From Octopus bimaculoides (lineage: Eukaryota): 64,000 nt of DNA. Below are positions 24,039 to 34,625 of this stretch, piece after piece; the stretch's first letter is position 1; each line of letters opens with the position of its first letter. The stretch is from contig NC_068989.1 of the NCBI RefSeq assembly GCF_001194135.2, forward strand, positions 12,141,798-12,205,797, written 5' to 3'. The notes under the pieces are model-generated. The model saw only the letters and a program-made list of their open reading frames with translations, was not told the origin of the DNA and did no database searches. The translations under genes were made by a program, and so were the position numbers.

Positions 24039-25737
24039 ACATATGTGATACGAGAAATGGAACGGTACACCATGATTGTGGTACTAGTTACATCTATGAA
24101 GCGTCAAGCGTTGGTTTCTTGTGCATCACTGTTACCTTCGTATTCAGGATTAGGTACGATTTCAAGGTTTCCAATAAGATGTGTCTTTCTTGGCCACAAA
24201 ACGTCTTCAAAATGTTAGAACTCTCGCAGCATGCTTGAAACATCACTGAATAAAGAAAAAGTATATACTCATGTATTAAGTTGTATTTCTCCTCTTGTCT
24301 TATCAATAGATAAATATTTTTGAGTGGACAGTTGTAGAAAATAAAGACCTTAAATGATATTTTGTAAAAACCTTTTTATATCACTTTAATTTTATTTTTG
24401 ATGTATATTTCATATGTCAATTAATATAATAATGAAAATATTTATGGTATTATACGGTAATGATGAAACCGTCAATCCTACATTGATAATTACTAATTTA
24501 TGTACAAACCAGGAAAATAATATGCAACCTTAAAACATCGTAGTTTATGTCAATATCTGTAATTCCCTATGATAGTACGCCAGAGTATAGAGTATTTGTA
24601 TACAAGCTTTTTCTTTTGTTCGGATATTGTAAAAGCAAGCGATATCGGGCATTGGAAAAGGCTGGATTGATCGAAGAAGAAGAAAATGTAAGAGTGAAAG
24701 TGTGCGATAAAAGAAAGGAAGGCAGATACTGAATGAAACTTAGGAATGAGAGATAGAGTAAGAAAACAGCATTATACAATATGTTTAAGCTTTTATTTTC
24801 ATATAGCATTTTATGTTAAGTAATATACGACAGGCTGCAATGAAAAATCATATTTTCATTTTATAGAAATATATACGTTGTAATATTCTGAAATATTTGT
24901 ATTTCATATCATGACACCAATCGCAGTATGTAGTAATGTAGTATCCTGTTTCATAATATGATATTGCTGCATTTATTCATAATCCGATAGAGTTTCGATT
25001 TCCAGTAATCTCTGTATTTTTATACTATTTCACAGTTTTTTTTTTTAAATCAACAGTTAGATTATTTCACAGCATGATATAAAGTGTTGTTTACAGTAAT
25101 ATGTACAACATATAATTTGATGCAGATTGGAGTTTATATGAAATATTGACAACATTATCCTAATATCATATACATTGCAGGTTACAGGACGTCGACCTCA
25201 TGCTTTCCAAGTATTTGATTATTAACTTTTTTGTCTGCATGAAAAACTTCAGTAACTAAATCAAGGCGATTTGAGAAACGTTGCCGCAGGATATGGTTAT
25301 TTATTTCTGGCCAAAATAGATTAAAAGAAACTTCACTAAAACGATCAGGCTTTTTTCTCCTTTGCGATTACATCGCGATAACGCTCTTCCGTGTAACGAG
25401 GTGTTCCCACTGAAACTAAGATGGCAATATAATCATGAACCTAACTTTCACTTCGTGTAGCGTTACAAAACACGTTTTCTTTTTAAACTCTGAATCTGAT
25501 AGAGTTTAAGCTATTTTCTTCTACCTGCAACTAGTTGTCCACTGTCCATTGATACCACCATGCAGTCGAGGACTGAATTTATCTTCTGCAGTTGTTATTG
25601 ACATTTTGTGTTGCAGCACTGTAACCATATTTCATTTAGAATCACTTATTATTCAACCAGTAACTAGTAAATCAACTTGGCAGACTCGTTCATGATAATA
25701 TGGTGATATGGGTGTAACACGTTATAAGATGTGGTAA

Positions 25738-25920
25738 CCAAATTTGCACTGATGAGGCTAAGTCGGTTACATCGATCCCAGTACTCAACTGGTACTTATT
25801 TTATAGACTCTGAAAAGCAAAGTCGACCTCGGTAGAATTTACATCAGAACGTAAAAAATGGACGAAATGCTGCTAAGCAGTTTGCTCGGTGTTCTAAAGA
25901 TTATGCCAGCTCACCGCCTT
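25738..25920 (-). mobile_element. SINE family A monomer
   Basis: AACTGGTACTTATTTTATAGACTC, AAAGTCGACCTCGG and GCCAGCTCACCGCCTT. Confidence 0.8.
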
Positions 25921-26302
25921 AATTGTTGTATCTCATAATATTAAAAGTAAGACAGATTACTTGTATAAATAGGGAAGCCTCAGCCAAATAGTACGGAACA
26001 TCACTGCTCCTTCATCTACTATTGATAAATTAAAGCGTATCCCATCGCCAAAACGATCTCTTGTAAACTGTTGAGTCTTGTCTATATTCCTTTCGTATTT
26101 GTTTCATCCTCACTTCCATTAAACTATTATTAGTTTCTCGACTAATCGCACTAAGATAGGCTTTACGTTTTGGGATGCAGCCGACACTAGCTTGGTGACT
26201 ATGTCTAGTCTCTTCACTTTTTATTGAATCAATGAAACTAACTTGCGCAAATTATCTTTCGTTTTCTTCAATTTTGCTTAACAGAAATGCTATGACAAAT
26301 CA

Positions 26303-26529
26303 AGGCGGCGAACCGTTAGCACGCCGAGCGAAATGCTTTACAGTATTTCGTCTGCCGCTACATTCTGATTTCAAATTCCACCGAGGTCGACTTTACCTTT
26401 CATCCTTTCGGGGTCGATTAAATAAGTACCAGTTACGCACTGGGGTCGATATAATCGACTTAATCCGTTTGTCTGTCCATGTTTGTCGCCTCTGTGTGTA
26501 GCCCCTTGAGGGTAGTAAAGAAATAAGAA
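26303..26529 (+). mobile_element. SINE family A1 monomer with probable TSD
   Basis: Full A1 body; TATGACAAATC (26291) and TATGACGAATC (26534) flank it. Confidence 0.88.
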
Positions 26530-27559
26530 GTATTATGACGAATCTGCCCATATACTTTTAACCAAAAGATAACTCGACTGTGTGTGGAAACTATTCAAAA
26601 TTGGAATAATGTAGATTCCTGACTGGTTTATGTTAAGCTATTTCAATAAACCGCGTTGATGAAGGTTCTGTAATTTATTTTGTATGACAGCAATTTTTAA
26701 ATACGATGTTTCAGAGCTTTGTTTCAGAAAACTGACTTATTAAAAATTCTAAACAAAGAATGATATTCAGTATTTGATTCAGAAATTGTTATTTCTCTAT
26801 TACATTCCATTCTGGCTATATCGTGTTTGACTCATATTCACAATATTACGTTATCTCGTGATATTTCTGTCACTTCTGTTTCATTTTATATTCTCTCAGC
26901 GGCTCTTATCCCATCTTTTGTTCCCCGTACAGTTCTTTGTTCTTTAGTTTCATTTACTAATCTCGTAGCAGCTCTTTGTCTTAGATCATCAATACATTAG
27001 TTACTTTACTCTTGACTCATAGCAAATACGACTCGTATTATTGGCCTTCTTTGCCAAATCTCTTCTATTTTTCTTTCTCTTTGTTCTTTAGTTTTCCTTC
27101 GCACACTAGCTGTTTACTGCTGTGTTTTGCTAGTGCTCCGATTATTTCTTTCAATTTCTATTTCTTATTTCCTTTATCATTATTAATAAGTTGTATATAT
27201 TCAGTAACGTTTATTCCAATTTCATTTTATTTCACTCTCTCACAAGAGTTATTGAAACACACAGATTACACTTTCTTATTTGCTTAAGCCATAAACAAAC
27301 TCTTTGGTTCTAGTGTTTCAAGTCCACGCGTAACAAGCACAGCCACTTTCTATTTATTACTTATCCAAATACTCAAATCGCGATTTCAACTATCTTCCAC
27401 TCAATGCTGTTTCTTTCTTTCTACGTTCACTCAGATACATACATAACCACAAGCCTTCAACATATTTTTTCCTTTTAGCTTTCATTCTCTCTGCTATTAA
27501 ACGCAATCTTACTCCAGAAAGGTTGTATAAACTGTTATTGCAGTCCTACAAAAGAACTA

Positions 27560-27783
27560 ACGTAATCCCTCACCATATTGTGGTTCACCTATCGCGGGTT
27601 ATTTTTTAAAAGCTTACGTCGATTCCTCCGTGGTGTTGCTTTGCATTTATAATAAAATAAATATGTACAAATTATAAAAATATAAACAAAAATATACAGT
27701 ACAGTACTTTCTCTACTTCGCGGATTTTCACCTATCACGGCGGTATTTGAGATGTAACACCCGCGATAATCGAGGGATTACTG
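27560..27783. mobile_element. pogo/Tigger-like MITE
   Basis: Ends GTAATCCCTC and GAGGGATTACTG|TA; the 5' 40 bp match 38296 onward. Confidence 0.78.
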
Positions 27784-27957
27784 TATTTCTCAATCTTACG
27801 TTTCTTTATTATTCCGTTTCACTAATTTGTGTCTTTGTAATTGCTCTAATTGTATCATCAGGCAAAAATAAAAGCTGATTCCTAGCTATACAAGCAACAC
27901 AAATCCACCAGTATAAAATTTCTAATTTGTGTCTTTCTAATTGCTATCTCTCTCTCA

Positions 27958-28200
27958 TAGCACGTGGCTTAGTATTGGACTCATGATCGTAAAATTGTGG
28001 TTTTAATTCCTGGACCGGGCGGCGCGTTGTGTTCTGAAGCAAAACACTTTATTTTCACGTTTCTTCAGTCTGCTCAGTTGGCAAAAATGAGTACTCATGC
28101 GACTGGCCGGCGTCCTGTCCAGGTGAGGAATTTATACCCCCAGGAAACCGATCCTTATGAGTCGGCATGATTCGAGAAGGTAACTTTTTCTAACTTTTTA
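27958..28200 (+). mobile_element. SINE family C (tRNA head plus CORE-like centre)
   Basis: GTGGCTTAG..GACTCATGATCG..GGTTTTAATTCC head, then GCGTTGTGTTCTGAAGCAAAACACTT..GGCAAAAATGAGT. Resemblance to the CORE domain is from recollection. Confidence 0.75.
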
Positions 28201-28374
28201 TTTCTCATAGCTTTTCTGCTTATATAGTTTCTTTCTATCACTATATCTTTTTCCTGGTACATATCTCTAAATAATTTCAGTTCTATATTTAAGAGATGAG
28301 GAATTATGTACATTAGTTACATTATTTACATTATTTATATTTGACGGACATTTGTCGTCATCTTATTTGTTGTT

Positions 28375-28420
28375 AACACAACGTTTCGGCTGATATACCC
28401 TCCAGCCTTCATCATGTGTC
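28375..28420 (-). ncRNA. Minimal type I HHR-like motif, C3A variant
   Basis: GACAC-ATGATGA-A-GGCTG[GAGGGTATAT]CAGCC-GAAAC-GTT-GTGTT: 5-bp stem I, 5-bp stem II, palindromic AACGUU stem III. Confidence 0.65.
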
Positions 28421-28472
28421 TTGGGGAAATTTCGAACCTGAGAATGAGAACGCAGGTTCGAAATTTCCCCAA

Positions 28473-28518
28473 GACACATGATGAAGGCTGGAGGGTATAT
28501 CAGCCGAAACGTTGCGTT
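28473..28518 (+). ncRNA. Minimal type I HHR-like motif, C3A variant (mirror copy)
   Basis: Same as the left arm but GCGTT introduces one stem I mismatch. Confidence 0.6.
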
Positions 28519-29103
28519 AACAACAGGATGAGGACAAAGATCCGTCAAATGTAAATAACGTAAATAATGTCTAAATAACTTGTTAAGCACAGCATATATT
28601 AATGCTTAAAATATAATTACAGGACCTCTGTTCCCATACAAATCACATTTTTCAAATGGTTACCAAATATATGACCTTGCAATAAAGAACAGTCATTGGT
28701 GTTGCTGTAATGAGGTACGCAGAGGTACACTGCGTACCTCATTACGTAATGAGGTACACTGGGAAAAGAGGGTGGAAATTCTCTATTACAATTGCAGCTC
28801 TTAACATTTTATTGTAATTGTGACTAGGCACACACACGCAGACAGACACTCAGACACACACAGAGGCTCTCGTATACATATATCGCTTTGATTAATCATT
28901 TCTTGCTGAACTGGCCATCTACCTGTTCAAGTTTAGTGATTTCGGATAATTTTTGCAGCGTATTAGATGGCATGGGCTGTGTGGATCCCTCAATCAGCAA
29001 AGCTCTATTTTTGTTCAGGAAATTGACTGTGTGCGTTGTCTCCTACAATCATTTTATAACATACAGAAGCCGATTGTGAACATTCAGAGAAAGAAAAAAA
29101 TAA

Positions 29104-29141
<38 letters not shown>

Positions 29142-29401
29142 GAAAGAGGGAGAGAAAAAGAAAGAAAGAGTGAGAGAAGAAGATTGATAGAAATATAAAC
29201 GGAGAGAGAGGGAGAAAGAAAGATGAAGAGAGAGAGAGAGAGATTAACTTCGATATTTGCTTGGGATTTAATTTAAGGAACTTAAAAAAAGAAAATGACC
29301 TAGACAAAGACAGAACGAGTAAGGAAAGAGACGGAACCGTTACTGAAAGCCGAAGACATTGTAATGAGTAAGTCACCTGATCACCTGTATATGCACACAC
29401 A

Positions 29402-29430
<29 letters not shown>

Positions 29431-29432
<2 letters not shown>

Positions 29433-29780
29433 TTAAAATTATAATACAGGGTATCAAGAGATACCACCACGCTGAAAAAATAGCAGTCAAATCCTGACTC
29501 CAAAACCACAATAAATGTCTGCAAGGCACGATTAGCGAAGACGAAGACCAAATAAACCAGTAAAAATAATAAGATAATTTCAAATCCTGGATTTCTGGCT
29601 TTGCATAAATGCTCTGCCTTCATCAGTGAAATATACTCAAGTACATAAATACAAATACATGCATATAAACAGTATACTTACATATTGTGCTTACATTTAT
29701 TGTGGTTTTGGAGTCAGGATTTGACTGCTATTTTTTCAGCGTGGTGGTATCTCTTGATACCCTGTATTATAATTTTAAAT
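29431..29780. mobile_element. Perfect 88-bp inverted repeat (29431-29518 and 29693-29780) enclosing an HHR motif; PLE pseudo-LTR-like
   Basis: Base-by-base comparison shows no mismatch over 88 bp; spacer 174 bp. Confidence 0.85.
29577..29632 (-). ncRNA. Minimal type I HHR-like motif with intact CUGAUGA and GAAA
   Basis: ATTTCA-CTGATGA-A-GGC[AGAGCATTTATGCAAA]GCC-A-GAAA-TCC-A-GGAT-T-TGAAAT: 6-bp stem I, palindromic stem III, AUU triplet. Confidence 0.65.
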
Positions 29781-30685
29781 AATTATTACCTTGATGGTTT
29801 TTATTCCCATGCTGACCACTTGATAAGATCAATATTTTAAATACCGATCTTATCCTTATTTATACATACATACATAGATACATACATACATATATACATA
29901 CATACATGCACACACGTATGTAAATCTATCTACTTATATATACTCACACGTACATACACAGACAGACAGACACAGACTCACACAAACACACACATACATT
30001 TACCGAAGATATATCACTCACAATGGCATCTAGAGTGAGGTGTGCTGACCGTACAGAACAACCGGGTTATATACGTGTGTTTCGCTTTAGTCGAAGTTAC
30101 TTAACGTTTGAAATATAAACGACCAGTTTTTCAACCGCACACGGCTATCAAAACCGACGCTATAATGCATATTCACACACAGAAACACATGGTAAGATGT
30201 GTAAGGTAAAAAAAAATACAGAAGAATCGCAGAAATTTTAAAATCCAATTGCCTGGTTTTCGCCCACAGCATCGAAAACAGTAACGGAAGAAATGCCTGC
30301 AATCTTATATTGTGGTAAAATTCGGAATATTAATTAATACAATAGATATTTCGAACAGGAAATTTGAATTAATTTTCAAAATTCATATTTTTAATTAAAA
30401 CAAAACATGCTAACGAGCCACATTAATCAGCGAGATGTACAACGCCGCCACACCATAATTTTATCAGTTCATAAAGCGGATGAATCTGAATTGACGGAGC
30501 CTTCCCTCTTAACTTTGCCATCCTAAGATTGCCCCGCGGCCCAGGAGTTCTAAATAATGAGATGACGAACTGGGAATAAACTTGAGGTGATATTTATAAT
30601 GCATTTACATAAATAGAGGTATACATGTATTTATATGTACATATATGTATAAATATATACACACACATATATATGTATGTGTGTG

Positions 30686-30727
<42 letters not shown>

Positions 30728-31237
30728 TATCTGTATCTGTGTATCTCTCTCTGTCTCTTTTTCTATATATATATATATGAATGTGTATCTGTATCTATAT
30801 GTGTGTGTATTTGGAGGTGTGTGTGTGTGTGTTAATGTATCAACAATACCATCTGAATAGCTACAAGGGCTAATTGGAGAGTAATATGTTTTTATTCAAA
30901 GAAAATTTCAATACTGATGCTAGGAAAGATTCTAGCCTCAAAGAATTTTGTTACTTGTAATTTCAAGAGAGTAAAACACTGAAATTTTCAGTCAACTTAC
31001 AGTAGATTCATAAGGTTAGATCGAGTGAGTGTCACTCTTATCTTTGCAATAACTGGTGATGAAGTAAGCCAGGTATCAGTGCTAGGATGCTTCCTCAGTT
31101 AAACAAGCCAACTTCAACGGTGGCCAGGAACATTTTCGCTCATTCCGTTTGGAATTTATATTGAGTAAAATGTAATTTCGGTTAATCATCGCGTAATTTT
31201 AGCTAGCTTTTGACTATAAATACAGCGACATTGTTAA

Positions 31238-31529
31238 CCCATTACCTCCCATAATTCTATTAAGTGGAATTTGTTTTTATGAAACTTTGATTTCTAGCAT
31301 AAAACAACCTTAGAAACACGCTGGAATGATCAAAATAACATTTCAAAATAGCATTTTAAATAGAAATAAGCGAGATATTGGGTGAAAAATTAGTAAACCT
31401 CATTTGAATATCAGAGAAATATACCTAGTAGATATAGCAAAAAGGTTAGACATGTGTAAATATTGACAGATAATTACGAAATTTGTAATTTTTAAGTGAT
31501 CTTATATGAGATCACTGGTAGGTAATGGG
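31238..31529. mobile_element. piggyBac-type MITE, 292 bp
   Basis: TTAA|CCCATTACCTCCC at the left end and GGTAGGTAATGGG|TTAA at the right: 13-bp TIR (12/13) and TTAA TSD. Confidence 0.85.
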
Positions 31530-31981
31530 TTAAGATTGTAAATGAGATAAGTTTTTTTGGACACTTCGGATGAATTTTGCAATAAATCTGTATTGACTAA
31601 TGTTTTACAAGAAAACCAAGTTAAATTTTATGTTAGCTGCCATGTACAATGTAGGCAACTGCATATTTATCAAACTAGGATATATCGTATTTGCTGCGCT
31701 GATAGTAAGACATCGAAAGATAATTAATACAAGTGAGTCATTGCTAGATGTTAATAATGTTATACGACATATAATTATATATGTTTATAACGTAAACTGT
31801 TCGACTAAGGCAAAATCTCAACTCGCAAATACAGATGTAGAATCAATAATTCTATACTTGTAGAACATGTATCTTAAATCTATGAAGATGCATTCAATTT
31901 CTACTTCATTGCATGTAAGAATTATGGCTTCAAATAGAATGGAATCGAACCGCATTCGCTATATAAGACTGGTGTTAACAA

Positions 31982-32165
31982 ATATTCTTTTCTACTCTAG
32001 GAACGGGGCCCGAAATTTTGGGGAGGGGGTCAGTCGATTAGTTCGACTCCAGTACGCAACTGGTACTTAGTTAATCGACCCCGAAAGGATGAAGGGCAAG
32101 GTCGACCTCGGCTGAATTTGAACTCAGAACGTAAAGACAGACATAATACCACAAAGCATTTCCCC
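31982..32165 (-). mobile_element. SINE family A2, 5' end lost
   Basis: AATCGACCCCGAAAGGATGAAGGGCAAGGTCGACCTCGGCTGAATTTGAACTCAGAACGT. Confidence 0.88.
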
Positions 32166-32224
32166 CGGAAAGGGCCCTATTATCGATTTTTTCAGCAATC
32201 TGAGTATGCCATGAAGTTTCCAGA

Positions 32225-32341
32225 CATGAGTTCTATTTACGTGTCAAGTTTCATCAAAATCTATAAGATGATGTAGGTGGCGTTAGCTAACAACTCCACA
32301 AACACACTCACAGACAGAATTTCCCACATATGTAGTAGATG
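32225..32341 (+). mobile_element. Possible Helentron-associated non-autonomous element (HINE-like) 3' part
   Basis: CAAGTTTCATCAAAATC..ACAAACACACTCACAGACAG..GTAGTAGAT recalls this class; recollection only, no second full copy here. Confidence 0.3.
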
Positions 32342-32500
32342 TGTATATAAATATATCTATATATGTAGAAGAGTGTTTCATTTGAATCGCAACCCAGCAC
32401 ACTGAAGTTTGGTACCTTTTATAAGCGTATTATGGAGAACAGCCTAGAAAACTCTGGAGACCCTACCCCGTAAAGACTAACCACTGATTGACTGATGTCT

Positions 32501-32665
32501 CGGCCATACATGTTAACGAGTGGGGGTTTGAAATCTGTAATTGTGAAAAGTCGGGTTCGAGTCTGCTACACAGTTCGACAACGGCCTTACATGTGAACTA
32601 GCGGGGCTTGAAGTCTGTAATTGTGAAAAGTCGAGTTCGAGTCTACTGCACACACAATTCGACAA
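32501..32665. repeat. Two-unit tandem duplication (81 and 84 bp)
   Basis: CGGCC..ACATGT..TCTGTAATTGTGAAAAGTCG.GTTCGAGTCT..TTCGACAA occurs twice. Confidence 0.88.
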
Positions 32666-33948
32666 CAGAGCCAATGAATGGTTTCTGGATAATCAAAACA
32701 GAAGTGTATTTTTTGCGTGTCACTTCAAATGCGTAGAAAATACGGTTGAACAACTTGCGTAAAATTCCAGTCATGACTTCAAGAGTGAAACTGCAAAACA
32801 TAAGGATCTATACGTATTATTACAGTTTCATGTCATGGTCACTCCATAATTCGTGTGGGAATTGATCTGTTAATAACTCACCTTAAAATAGATTTTGAAA
32901 TTACTTGGTACTCAATAAATTACTTTTTTAATTTATCAAAATTTTCGAGCATCTAATATTTTTATCTTCAATTTCAAAGTATCTTTATACTTTTGAATGC
33001 GTGTGTACGTGTTATTAGCTTCTCTGTATGTATTAACTATTTTCTATTTTCATTTTACTTAAATGTTTATTCTATGTAACACAGACGGTCAATAGATAAT
33101 ATATTTTTCATAGATTCATTTTACCAATTCTTTATTTTGTTCATTAGAATTCTGCGGTGTTCGACTTTACATCATTTAGAAATGGTATTGCTCCATGTAT
33201 TTAAATAAAATATTAGCGCCGTTATGACGTAATTTGTATCTGAAGTTTGCGTCGCCTCTTGCATTCGTTGCGATTGTACTTATTCAGCCCCAGATCACCA
33301 CTAACCAAGTTTGCATCAAATAAAATGGAGTCCAGCCGTGAATATCAGATATTTTATTCAAACAGTATGTCTAGGACTAGATTATCCAACGAAGCCTTCC
33401 TATCTACGTATATGATATATTTAACAGACCAGGCGACAATTTACTAATTCTATCCTTTTGGTCTGTTATTTCTTGGCATTTATCTCTGAGCCATAATCAT
33501 TGCATCACTGTATGCAATCGGATATATTTCTACGTTTCCAATTTACTTTTTATTCTGACAAACGTTCTATATCTGGTTTTCTTACGGTGCCGTTTCAGCA
33601 CATTCTTTTGGTTAATGTAACTCTTAATGCTATTGATATGATTTGCTTCTAGTTCCGATCACACGAATATATCTAAAGCTTTCCAAGCCATGCTCACCTC
33701 GTCTTATTTTTTGTATCCTGAGTCTAATGCTACCTTGTCTAATGTAGTTTTAGACTTAAAATATAAACATAGACAGGATTTTCTTTTGCTATTTCCAGCA
33801 AGACGAATGCCCACTCATTTTGTTTCATACATAGAGGCTGTTCTATTCATATAAGTTTTAATGATATACGTGTATGTATGTAAAAAGACATTTTAAGATC
33901 CACAAAGATCAGAACTTATCTGTAGTTCTTGGTGGTCCAAATTGGATG

Positions 33949-34011
33949 TGCAGTCTGTGTGGGTGTCTTTTCAGAATAGTACCTGGTTTAAAAAGCCACA
34001 TCAGGTGCCAT
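33949..34011 (+). other. Isolated C2H2 zinc-finger-coding segment, probably an RTE-type LINE C-terminus
   Basis: CSLCGCLFRIVPGLKSHIRCH fits C-x2-C-x3-F-x5-L-x2-H-x3-H exactly; followed immediately by SINE B. Confidence 0.55.
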
Positions 34012-34019
34012 GATGGTAC

Positions 34020-34147
34020 AAACCACATGGTTCCGGGTTCAGTCCCACTGCGGGGCACTTTGGGTAAGTGTCTTCTACTATAGCCTCGGGCCGACCAAAG
34101 CCGTGTGGATGGATTTGGTAGACGGAAACTGAAAGTAGACCGTCGTA

Positions 34148-34200
<53 letters not shown>

Positions 34201-34371
34201 NNNNNNNNNNNNNNNNNNNNNNNNNNNNNNNNNNNNNNNNNNNNNNNNNNNNNNNNNNNNNNNNNNNNNNNNNNNNNNNNNNNNNNNNNNNNNNNNNNNN
34301 NNNNNNNNNNNNNNNNNNNNNNNNNNNNNNNNNNNNNNNNNNNNNNNNNNNNNNNNNNNNNNNNNNNNNNN

Positions 34372-34409
<38 letters not shown>

Positions 34410-34625
34410 TTGTGTGTCTGTGTTTGTCCTCCCAACATCGCTTGACAACCAATGCTGGTGTGTTTACGTCCTCGTAACTTAGCGGTTCGGCAAAATAGAC
34501 CGATAGAATAAGTACTAGGCTTACAAAGAATAAGTCCTGGGGTCGATTTGCTCGACTAAAGGCGGTGCTCCAGCATGGCCGCAGTCAAATGACTGAAACA
34601 AGTAAAAGAGTAAAAGAGCAAAAGA
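34020..34625 (+). mobile_element. SINE family B, slightly 5'-truncated, with internal (TA)n-gap-(GT)n
   Basis: High identity to 39951-40354 in head and tail; ends (GTAAAAGA)n. Confidence 0.92.

Larger units (their letters stand above)
28279..28570. mobile_element. Repeat E palindrome (PLE pseudo-LTR-like): arms about 28319-28440 and 28453-28570
   Basis: Inner 62 bp perfectly inverted (28379-28440 vs 28453-28514), 12-nt spacer, outer arms with several mismatches. Confidence 0.9.

Noticed and set aside
33600-33720. Minus-strand AWKALDIF resembling an RTE RT segment
   Set aside because: Single short motif; flanks not colinear enough to call.
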